DNA of 64,000 nucleotides from a virus. The stretch lies in IMG/VR virus record IMGVR_UViG_3300032373_000002, positions 51,449 through 115,448 of that record; one strand, given 5' to 3'. Below are positions 56,554-64,000 of the stretch, one piece after another. The notes under the pieces are model-generated. The model had not been told where the DNA came from. It saw only the letters and a list, made by a program, of their open reading frames with translations, and made no database searches. A program made the translations under genes and the position numbers. Position 1 is the stretch's first letter, and every line of letters begins with the position of its first letter.

Positions 56554-56901
56554 CTATCGGTCGAACGGGTAGATGGCGTCGCCGAACTCTCCGGGACCGA
56601 CCGGGCGGACCTTGACCGCGAAGACGGGCATACCCGCAGCATGCCCGTGGAAGATGTAGGTGGGGTCCCCCGGCTGGTCACCGAGACGGACGCCGAAGAG
56701 GTTGTCGCCGATGAGGTGGGTGGGGTTGCCCTCCGTGACGACCCACTGCACATCTGCCGGGACCTTGGTGCTGTACCGGGGCAGCCCGTAACCCGCGAAG
56801 ACGGAGGTGAGGACCTCGTCAGGGACCTCCTGGTCCGGGCCGAACTGGGTGAGGGTCTCGATGGCCTTGGCCATGGCGGCGATTGCCTGACGTGCTCTCA
56901 T
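56554..56901 (-). CDS. hypothetical protein
   Basis: GAGGAG RBS. Confidence 0.75.
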   Translation of the reverse strand: MRARQAIAAMAKAIETLTQFGPDQEVPDEVLTSVFAGYGLPRYSTKVPADVQWVVTEGNPTHLIGDNLFGVRLGDQPGDPTYIFHGHAAGMPVFAVKVRPVGPGEFGDAIYPFDR

Positions 56902-56911
56902 GGCGAACTCC

Positions 56912-57154
56912 TCAGCCGAGGTCGTTGTAGGCGGTGATGGCGTCGCGGATCTCCATGAACTCCTGGGGCTCCGAGTCCTCGCCCAATTCGGTCCGGACCT
57001 GGTAGACGCCCCGGCGAACGATGTAGAGCAGCTTCTTGCGGTGCTCGCTGCACCCCCAGAGCGGGGCGCTGGCGATGATGATGACCTGACCGAGAGCGAA
57101 ATCTTCCAATCGGTCAGCATCTTCGAGGGGGAGGAGGTGAGGGTGAGGGGTCAT
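56912..57154 (-). CDS. hypothetical protein
   Basis: ORF. Confidence 0.7.
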   Translation of the reverse strand: MTPHPHLLPLEDADRLEDFALGQVIIIASAPLWGCSEHRKKLLYIVRRGVYQVRTELGEDSEPQEFMEIRDAITAYNDLG

Positions 57155-57206
57155 GGGGTTCTCAGCGTTGGGGGTGGAAGCAGCGCTTGGCGGGTGGCAT
57201 CCTTGC

Positions 57207-57623
57207 TTACGCTGACTGGAAGTCGCGGTCCAGGCCCCACTTCTCGACGGCGGTGCGGAAGTCACGCGGGGTGTGCAGGCACTTCCGCACGAAGTAAGCC
57301 GGGGGCAGGACCTCATCGATGGCGAGGCGCTTGACCGGCACCCCAGCGACCTCGACGGTGTCGACGTCGATGATGTTGGTGATCAGGGCACTGAGTGCGG
57401 GGCCTTCTGCTGCCGCAAACACGGCAGCGCAGCCGACAGCGGCGTGTATCATGACCTCGGGCTTCGAAGGGTCCATCGTGGTGACCAGGACCCGCCCGGC
57501 AGGAGCCCGGTCCTCGCCGTCCAGGATGTAGTGTGCCCCGATCATGTCGGCGGGACCTTCGATGACCTGAACGGCCGCGATGTTGGGCAGGCCGACGGCA
57601 ACGGCGTAGATGGGAGAACGCAT
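57207..57623 (-). CDS. hypothetical protein
   Basis: AAGGAG RBS. Confidence 0.75.
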   Translation of the reverse strand: MRSPIYAVAVGLPNIAAVQVIEGPADMIGAHYILDGEDRAPAGRVLVTTMDPSKPEVMIHAAVGCAAVFAAAEGPALSALITNIIDVDTVEVAGVPVKRLAIDEVLPPAYFVRKCLHTPRDFRTAVEKWGLDRDFQSA

Positions 57624-57703
57624 GGCGGGGGCTCCTTTGGGGTCGAAAGGGGACAGAGTCGTTACGGCAGAATTCAAAATCAGAAATCACCCCCCTGCGA
57701 AAT

Positions 57704-58072
57704 TCAGCGCAGATGCGCAGGGGTCGAGTCACGCCACGCGCGGAGGGCTTCGTAGAGCCCGCGACTCACGCTGGACATTTTGTCCAGGTCGGGGTAGTAG
57801 AGCCGCAGCGCCGCCGACTCGAAGGTGTTGTCGTACTCGGGTGCTGCGAGACTGTTGATGCGCGCCAAGGTCAACAGTGCCTTGGCGACCGACGTGTAGG
57901 TCTTGTACCAGGGGGTCAGGCCGGCAGCAGCGCGAGCCTGCTCCGCGAGGTACAGCTGGTGCCAGACCTCCCGCCGGAGGGGGTTGGGGTCTTGGTCCTG
58001 GCCTTCTTCGAAGAAGGCCGGGAGAGCATCCGGGTCGAGGACCTTGTTGCGGACGGTGGGCAGGAGGCGCAT
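57704..58072 (-). CDS. hypothetical protein
   Basis: TGATG coupling. Confidence 0.7.
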   Translation of the reverse strand: MRLLPTVRNKVLDPDALPAFFEEGQDQDPNPLRREVWHQLYLAEQARAAAGLTPWYKTYTSVAKALLTLARINSLAAPEYDNTFESAALRLYYPDLDKMSSVSRGLYEALRAWRDSTPAHLR

Positions 58073-58407
58073 CAGAGGGAACCGAAGAACTTCTTGGAGC
58101 GGCCTTCCAGCTCGTCGATGCCATCGCCCAGCCCCGAGCGGAGGTTCTCGCCGTCCTTGCTCACGTAGGAAACCTGACGAGTGCGCGAGGGCATGAGGGA
58201 GTGGTCGACGCTCAAGACGAAATTCCACTTGGACCCGTCCCACCGCTCAACGGTGTAGCGGGACTGGTCATCGTAGGCATCCCGGTGGACTGTGAGCTTG
58301 AGACGATGCGAGACCTCGTTGGTCTCGAGGTCGATGATGTCGGTGCGCCGCCAGCTCTGACGGTGCTTGTAGACGTCAGAGCTGATTGTCTCGATGGTGG
58401 CGTTCAT
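58072..58407 (-). CDS. hypothetical protein
   Basis: GGAG RBS. Confidence 0.75.
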   Translation of the reverse strand: MNATIETISSDVYKHRQSWRRTDIIDLETNEVSHRLKLTVHRDAYDDQSRYTVERWDGSKWNFVLSVDHSLMPSRTRQVSYVSKDGENLRSGLGDGIDELEGRSKKFFGSL

Positions 58408-58624
58408 GGAAAGCTCCGTGGTGGGACTCACCCCCATTACGGTCAAAATCAGGCCCCGAAATCAACCGAGAGGGGGGCGAATTTTGGTTCGCCCCCCTCT
58501 CCCCGAGTTGCCGGAATCAGGCCGTCAGGAAGGCCACCGCCTGACGCCGCACCTCATCCACACACGCGCTCCGATACCAGGCCCGTCCGATGCCTGAAGG
58601 ACAACGAAGTCCTCCCGCTTCCAG

Positions 58625-59047
58625 TCAGTACATCTCCAGAAAGGGTGCGCCTTCTTCGGGGCCTTCGTCGCTGTAGAGGAGGCCGACCTGGACCACGACC
58701 AGCCCCGCCGTGGGGAAGCCCAGGCACTCGTCGGCTTCATCCCCCATGAGGTCTTGGATGTCGGCGGCGAGGGATTCCATCACGTCCTGGGGGTCGATGG
58801 CTTCCACTCCCTCCCTCAGACGGATCTCCGGCTCCATCAGCACATTCGAGTAGAACCGGACCGGGGAGTCCTCTCCCCCCTCGCGCACTGCGGTGACCTG
58901 GACCGGAAAGACCTCCGAGTAGTCCGGGTTCTTGGCCTGCGTGAGGTAAGGCATCAGCTGGCCGTCCTTGGTCAGGCGCGGCCAGCTGATGCCGACCCGT
59001 CCGTGGATGCGGTTCAGCCGCAGCCCCTGTTCTTCCAATGCGTCCAT
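58625..59047 (-). CDS. hypothetical protein
   Basis: GGAGG RBS. Confidence 0.7.
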   Translation of the reverse strand: MDALEEQGLRLNRIHGRVGISWPRLTKDGQLMPYLTQAKNPDYSEVFPVQVTAVREGGEDSPVRFYSNVLMEPEIRLREGVEAIDPQDVMESLAADIQDLMGDEADECLGFPTAGLVVVQVGLLYSDEGPEEGAPFLEMY

Positions 59048-59124
59048 GTCAGTCCTCCAAGTCTGGGAGGGCGAGAATGTCGCCCTCCCGGGTCCCCTTA
59101 CTGAGGCCAGTTGCCTCTTTCGAG

Positions 59125-59495
59125 TCAGTCCAAGTTCCCCAGGAACTTGGAGCCGATGTCGACCAGCTCGCCGATGCGGAGCGACGACTGGGCGCGGGCT
59201 TCCGTGAGGATACCGGCGTTGGTCTCCAGACAGCTGCTCCAGCGCTGCCAGCTGTCCTTGTCCTTGGCAAGCGTGCTCCGGGTAGGGAGGGAGAAGATCT
59301 CCGACCACCCCGCTGTGGTCCAGAAGAGGATCTTCGCGGACTCGTTCATGGCGGTGGAAGAGACGCGCACCATGACCTTGGCCCGCTGGACGACGTCTCC
59401 GCCCGCGTCGCGGAAGACGCTGAGCGCACCCCGCCCAGCATGTTGTTGGAAGGGCGAATTTCTTCCGCGTGGTGAACGGTCTGGTGGGTGACCAT
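59125..59495 (-). CDS. hypothetical protein (probable frameshift near 59430)
   Basis: AAGGAG-led start at 59495 is out of frame with the 59125..59373 ORF. Confidence 0.5.
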
Positions 59496-59519
59496 GGGGT
59501 GCTCCTTGATGGGCGGTGT

Positions 59520-60032
59520 TCAGGCGACGAGGGAGGCGAAGGCGTTGGTGGTCTCGATTGGGGTGTACGATGCGGTCAGGTCGTAGCCCGCAGCGACGGC
59601 TGCCATCTCACCCCAGAGGAAGGCGTCCTCGTCATCGTCCAGGGTGGTGTCGGCGAGTGCGGTTGCCCTGCCGGTGAACCCGCACTCCTTGCGGAGTTCC
59701 CATCGGGAAGAGGAGGTCAGGCCCGGCACGTTGCTTGCGGCCAGAACCAGTGCCCAGTCCCCACCCACCTCCAGGTGGCTCATCGGGACGATGAGAACCG
59801 AGCGGTAGAAGTCCTGCTCCTCGAAGAGGATGTCCCCCTCCCCAGCCGCCCAGCGGCCAAACAAGGTGAGGGCGCGGCTGGCTCCGACAGTCAGCTCAAA
59901 GAGCTGACCTTCCCGTGTGAACCGGAACGGGGTGTCGGCCCAGTCCTTGATGACGGCTGCGCGGGCGCGGATGGCGACTGCGCGGCTGAAGGCATCGATG
60001 AGGGGCTGGTCGGGGCGGTTGAACACGGACAT
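59520..60032 (-). CDS. hypothetical protein
   Basis: GAGG RBS. Confidence 0.75.
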   Translation of the reverse strand: MSVFNRPDQPLIDAFSRAVAIRARAAVIKDWADTPFRFTREGQLFELTVGASRALTLFGRWAAGEGDILFEEQDFYRSVLIVPMSHLEVGGDWALVLAASNVPGLTSSSRWELRKECGFTGRATALADTTLDDDEDAFLWGEMAAVAAGYDLTASYTPIETTNAFASLVA

Positions 60033-60089
60033 CGCGGGGTCCTCGCGGTGGGCAGGGGGTAACGGTCAAAATCAGAAGCAGAAATCAAC

Positions 60090-60128
60090 GAAATGAGAGG
60101 TTGCGGAATTTCCGCAACCTCTCATTTC
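60090..60128. terminator. perfect inverted repeat/terminator
   Basis: GAAATGAGAGGTTGCGGAA-T-TTCCGCAACCTCTCATTTC. Confidence 0.7.
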
Positions 60129-60131
60129 GTC

Positions 60132-60527
60132 TCACCCCAGGGAACCCGCGCCGAGGAGGCTCTCGGCCGAGGCCTCCGCCGAAGCGTGGACCAGCCCCCA
60201 GAGCTCCCGGCGGGCATCCCGCCGGTCTCGGGCGTACTGGATCATCGCGTCGGTGAGGGGAACCGCGTAGCCCCCTGCCCAACGGGAGAAAGAGGCGCGG
60301 GCCTGGTCCCAGCTGAGGACGAGCGGGAAGTCGCTGCCGTCATCGTCCAGGTAGCGGATCGCCTTGACGCGGTCCCGCCAGGGCTTCACGGCCCGCTGAA
60401 CTGCCTCGTGGCGCTCCGCGCGGTCGGGGAGACGGAGGGCTGCCTTGTAGGCTGCAATCTCCTCCTCCGTGATGCTGGGGAGCGAGATGTAGATGCGGCG
60501 CAGGGGCTCAGGGGGTGCTGGGATCAT
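60132..60527 (-). CDS. hypothetical protein
   Basis: GGAGG RBS. Confidence 0.75.
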   Translation of the reverse strand: MIPAPPEPLRRIYISLPSITEEEIAAYKAALRLPDRAERHEAVQRAVKPWRDRVKAIRYLDDDGSDFPLVLSWDQARASFSRWAGGYAVPLTDAMIQYARDRRDARRELWGLVHASAEASAESLLGAGSLG

Positions 60528-60670
60528 GGGGGACCTCCGGGTCAGGGGGTGAGACTTCACCCCCGTTACGGCACCCCGGCACGGCGGAAATCAGAGGGGT
60601 GGTGAAATCCCGCCGAATTCCAGCACCGTTCGACCCTACCTCCGGGGGGCCCGGAGGTTGCGGGGGGATT

Positions 60671-61639
60671 TCACGTCAGGTCCTGGCGAATCCGTGCGGC
60701 CATCTCGGTATTGCCGGCTTCCTCCAGCTTCTTCGCCATGCGCTCGATGTACTGGCTGGGGATGCTGGGGCGCGGGGCAGGGACGAACCGAGCGATGTCG
60801 TGCTTGAACCCTTCCAGCGCAGCAGCGCGGATCCGCTCCCCGACTTCCCGGTCCTGGAAGCTGTAGGGGGTGTGGTAGACGGTGCGCTCGAACGGGTTCT
60901 TCGGGGGACCGCCCGAGCCGAAGAGCCCGTTGCTCACGCTGAGCATGTCGACCCGGCCTTCGACCAGCGCGTTCAGGAACTCCACGTAGCTCCACAAGCG
61001 GGGGAGGTTCGGCGAGGCATCGGGGTTCAACACCTCCCTCCCCTCGCGCTGGGTGAGGTAGAATGCTGCCTCGTCCTCCACGGCGTCGAAGTGCGGCTTG
61101 ATGCCGTGGTTCTTGTAGTCGTAGAGCTGGCCGCGCTTCTGCAACGAAAAGGAAGCAGCGCCTTGCCGGGACCAGCCACCGTAGTCCTCGTAGCTGAAGC
61201 CGTAGGTGACCTTGACGTTGCCGTCCTTCCCCTCGTCGTAGTCAACCTTGCTGATGGTGCCGGCCTGGAGCCCCTTCGTGAGGTGTTTGAAGTAGACCTC
61301 GTCGCCCTCCCAGTACTCGGTCTCGGGGAGGTCAGCGACCTTGAAGTCGCGGTGGCCGTAGGACTTGTCGCCCTTGAGGTAGTTGCTGCAGAACGTCATC
61401 TCCGAGCCGTCGGGGAGTTCCGCGATGAGGTAGCAGGTGTTGGGGTAGAAGCCGGGTCCGCTGTCGCGGTAGAAGCGGGTCCGACCGTAGGAGGTGATGG
61501 TGGGCCGCAGCAGTCGTACCAAGAAGCCGTCGGGGATGTCCTTGAAGTGCCCGTAGGCGCGGGTGTTCTCGTCCACTTGGACTTCACAGTAGCGGCCGGG
61601 CGGAAAAGCTGGTGCCTTGGGCCAGGGCATCTGGGTCAT
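60671..61639 (-). CDS. hypothetical protein
   Basis: GAGG RBS, promoter upstream. Confidence 0.8.
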   Translation of the reverse strand: MTQMPWPKAPAFPPGRYCEVQVDENTRAYGHFKDIPDGFLVRLLRPTITSYGRTRFYRDSGPGFYPNTCYLIAELPDGSEMTFCSNYLKGDKSYGHRDFKVADLPETEYWEGDEVYFKHLTKGLQAGTISKVDYDEGKDGNVKVTYGFSYEDYGGWSRQGAASFSLQKRGQLYDYKNHGIKPHFDAVEDEAAFYLTQREGREVLNPDASPNLPRLWSYVEFLNALVEGRVDMLSVSNGLFGSGGPPKNPFERTVYHTPYSFQDREVGERIRAAALEGFKHDIARFVPAPRPSIPSQYIERMAKKLEEAGNTEMAARIRQDLT

Positions 61640-61693
61640 ACTTGGTGTTCCTCTTGCGGGTCCGAGGTTGCTTACGGGGTCGTCAAAATCAAG

Positions 61694-61723
61694 AAAACCC
61701 CCTGCTCGGTAGCAGGGGGTTTT
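61694..61723 (-). terminator. intrinsic terminator
   Basis: AAAACCCCCTGC...GCAGGGGGTTTT. Confidence 0.8.
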
Positions 61724-61733
61724 GGGGGGCGAC

Positions 61734-62201
61734 TCAGTCGAGGGGGGCACCGTCGAAGTCGCTGCTGAGGACCAGGGTGGGGTCACCGGCAGCGTCGGGG
61801 CAGTAGTAGTCCCAGCCCCGGCCGTCCTCGCGGTCGACCCGCAGGGAACCCCCATCGAGGACCGCGCCGGGAAGGAGGTCCATGCCCTCCCACTCGACGA
61901 CCTCCTGGAAGCGGGCCACCTGGGCCTCGCGGGCGTCGGCCTCCTGCTGTGCCGCAACGATCTCTTCCTGGGAGATGCTGACAGGGAGGGTGGGGTTGTG
62001 GGCCGCGAAGCGGCACTTGTCCACGCTCGGCTTGACCGCGATGGTGCGGCTCGGCTTGTTCGGGTCACGGACGGTGACGGCAGCGAAGCGGCGGTAGCCC
62101 ACCACGCGGCGCATGATGCGGTTAGCCTCCCAGTCGGGCACGACCTCCGCAAGCGGGGGGAACTGGGTGGGGACGCGGGAGAGGACGACGAGGTTGGTCA
62201 T
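61734..62201 (-). CDS. hypothetical protein
   Basis: AAGGAG RBS. Confidence 0.75.
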   Translation of the reverse strand: MTNLVVLSRVPTQFPPLAEVVPDWEANRIMRRVVGYRRFAAVTVRDPNKPSRTIAVKPSVDKCRFAAHNPTLPVSISQEEIVAAQQEADAREAQVARFQEVVEWEGMDLLPGAVLDGGSLRVDREDGRGWDYYCPDAAGDPTLVLSSDFDGAPLD

Positions 62202-62320
62202 GGTGGGCTCCTTGGCGCTACAAGCGCGCGGGACGTGCGATGAGCACAGGGTTCGCTTACATTACGGCAAAAATCAGAGACGGAAATCAAAGTGGAGGCA
62301 GAAAACCTGCCCCCAGCCGG

Positions 62321-62512
62321 TCAGTCCGGCGCGTTCGCGCGCATCCAGTTGTAGGCGAACTCCCGGACATAGTCGATGTCCGTGGCCGGGTATTTGCCGC
62401 GGATGGCGGCGACGATGGCCTGCTCGTTGGCCCAGAAGCGGGAAGCGGGTGAGTAGGTCGAGCGCGCGATAGACGCGAAGATGGGTCGCAGAACAGAAGC
62501 AGCGGTTTCCAT
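62321..62512 (-). CDS. small hypothetical protein
   Basis: GGAG RBS. Confidence 0.7.
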   Translation of the reverse strand: METAASVLRPIFASIARSTYSPASRFWANEQAIVAAIRGKYPATDIDYVREFAYNWMRANAPD

Positions 62513-62551
62513 GATCAGGCTCCGATTGCGGCAGGGGCTCGCCCCCCGAAA

Positions 62552-63112
62552 TCAGGCAGCTTGCAAGAAGCAGGTAGCAAGCAGCGCCCCGGCGATTTTG
62601 GCCTGCTCGCTGGGTCCCCCCTTGCGGGCCAGCTCAACCGGGCTGGCCTTGGCCCCACAGCGGCAGCAGATCATGTCCTCCCCCCACGGCCGCCAGCCGA
62701 CCTGGGACTTGGTCGTCCGGTGCGTGCAGGGACGCTTGTAGCCCTCCTGCTGGCCGTGCTTGGCCGAGAGGATGGGGGCCTGACGGTCGTGCTTCTCCTG
62801 GGGGGTCTCACCGTCGCGGACGATGCCCGAGAGGAAGTTGCGGACATCTCGCGCCCGGCGTCGTGCGTCTTCGATGGCCTCCTGCTCGGCGAAGGTGCGA
62901 CCGTTCTGTTGGGCGCGCTCGGTGATGCCCTGGTGACGCATTGCATCGTCGAAGGCATCGTCGGCGGTGATGAGGACACCGCACGCGATCAGCCGTTCGC
63001 CGGTGGTGCGTGCGGTGTTGATGCGCGCCTGACGGGCTGCCCGAGAGACTTTCGCCAGCTTGGCGTAGATGGTGTCGACGGTGTCGTCCAGGGTGAGGAT
63101 GAGGGGGGTCAT
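62552..63112 (-). CDS. hypothetical protein with C-terminal Zn ribbon
   Basis: GGAG RBS; CTH...CRCG. Confidence 0.75.
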   Translation of the reverse strand: MTPLILTLDDTVDTIYAKLAKVSRAARQARINTARTTGERLIACGVLITADDAFDDAMRHQGITERAQQNGRTFAEQEAIEDARRRARDVRNFLSGIVRDGETPQEKHDRQAPILSAKHGQQEGYKRPCTHRTTKSQVGWRPWGEDMICCRCGAKASPVELARKGGPSEQAKIAGALLATCFLQAA

Positions 63113-63160
63113 TGTGTACTCCAGAATCCGAGGGTTTCACCGACGTTAAGGCAAGGCAGC

Positions 63161-63499
63161 TCAGCAGGCGTCGAAGTACCCGGTCAGGACGTCGTGGCCG
63201 TGCTTCTTGGTGGACTGGGCGATCTTCAGGGCGCACATGCAGGCATCCTCGTTCATCTTGTGGACCTCAGCGTTGGGCATCCAGAAGGCGTGGGCGTACT
63301 TGCCACCCTTCTTCCGCTGCGGGCCGTCGTTGACCTCGCAGTTGAAGATGAAGCCCTTCCGCTTCAAGTACTGGAGGGACTTGAGCGCTGTCTTGGCGTC
63401 AACATCAAGGTGCGCGGCGACCTTGATGGTGTAGTCGCCCATGGTCTGGGTCAGGAAGCTGAACGCCTTGGCGTGGTTGGGGTCGATCTTGCGGGGCAT
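63161..63499 (-). CDS. winged-HTH-like protein
   Basis: TIKVAAHLDVDAKTALKSLQYLKRKGFI. Confidence 0.7.
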   Translation of the reverse strand: MPRKIDPNHAKAFSFLTQTMGDYTIKVAAHLDVDAKTALKSLQYLKRKGFIFNCEVNDGPQRKKGGKYAHAFWMPNAEVHKMNEDACMCALKIAQSTKKHGHDVLTGYFDAC

Positions 63500-63580
63500 C
63501 GTTAATCTCCGAGAGGAGGGATTCACCCCCGTTACGGCTGAAGTGGTCCCCCGAAATCAAACGGCCACCCCAAAATCACG

Positions 63581-63608
63581 AAAAACCCCTCCACGAGGGA
63601 GGGGTTTT
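63581..63608 (-). terminator. intrinsic terminator
   Basis: AAAAACCCCTCC...GGAGGGGTTTT. Confidence 0.8.
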
Positions 63609-63622
63609 GACGGAGGGTCCGG

Positions 63623-63937
63623 TCAGCCCCAGCGGGTCAAACCCGCACAGCCGACAGGGCGTCCCTCCTCGTCGCGGACCAACGCGCCGGGGGACAAGAC
63701 GTCCGGGCGGTTGGCCCGTGCGGCCACGAGCCCGGAGACGATGTAGAAGACGCCCTCCCCAGGCTCCGGGAGCCCTTCCACCTCGCCGTACTCAGTGCGG
63801 AAGGTGGGGATGCCGTTGACGCGGCCAGCTTCCGTCTTCAGCATCGCCACGCGGGCGATGCTGCCGCTTCGCGGGATGGTGGTGGTGGCTTCACCGTCAA
63901 TGAGGTTGATTGTGTGTGGGGTGAGGTTCACGAACAT
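63623..63937 (-). CDS. NLTPH-family protein (possible Crn4-like ring nuclease)
   Basis: NLTPH, SG.IARV, GLP, YIVS, R.D...P...VRDEEG motifs. Confidence 0.55.
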   Translation of the reverse strand: MFVNLTPHTINLIDGEATTTIPRSGSIARVAMLKTEAGRVNGIPTFRTEYGEVEGLPEPGEGVFYIVSGLVAARANRPDVLSPGALVRDEEGRPVGCAGLTRWG

Positions 63938-64000
63938 TGGTGCTCTCCTTGACGTGGTTGTTACGGGCACAATCAGGGGCGGAAATAAAAGGGCTGACCG

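Larger units (their letters stand above)
50695..63989 (-). promoter_or_regulatory. dispersed early promoter motif TTGATTTC-N15-CCGTAA (about 12 copies)
   Basis: 29-nt copies starting at 50695, 51062, 52426, 56214, 57662, 58437, 60060, 60566, 61672, 62262, 63532 and 63961; all intergenic upstream of - strand genes. Confidence 0.85.

Noticed and set aside
1-64000. Stop-codon reassignment
   Set aside because: Recognisable genes are intact in code 11 and end at TAG, TGA or TAA with tight coupling; no suppressor tRNA was seen.

Overview
GC-rich segment of a large (jumbo-type) phage genome read in the standard code. The host is plausibly Myxococcota, inferred from a MopE-repeat lipoprotein and an EAD-like domain. 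No core capsid, terminase or polymerase genes are recognisable. 1-46.3 kb is mostly + strand and 46.8-64 kb is mostly - strand small early-type genes, preceded by about 12 copies of a TTGATTTC-N15-CCGTAA promoter-like motif. The window holds five canonical tRNAs (Pro, Asn, Arg, Gln, Gly) and many abnormal tRNA-like RNAs. It also encodes RNase Z, AlkB, a metallophosphoesterase, dCTP deaminase, a Dam-like methylase, a frameshifted bL12 homologue and an ART-like protein. The best candidate for a new system has two parts. (i) 16.5-17.1 kb is a self-contained transcription unit of four tRNA mimics, each carrying the same module CTCGC-hairpin-GCAC-Nx-CCTACAAGC. (ii) 20.3-27.6 kb is a dispersed cassette of a TROVE/Ro60-like vWA protein, a protein with an E2-like 'AGICL' C-terminus, a JAB peptidase, a small Ubl-like protein ending PFGA, and a ThiF/E1. 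Six unrelated ORFs also share an N-terminal MNxLxxILxxEGL leader, a possible capsid-targeting signal. All protein assignments come from motif reading by eye, without database searches. Several +1 frameshifts at homopolymers may be assembly errors.
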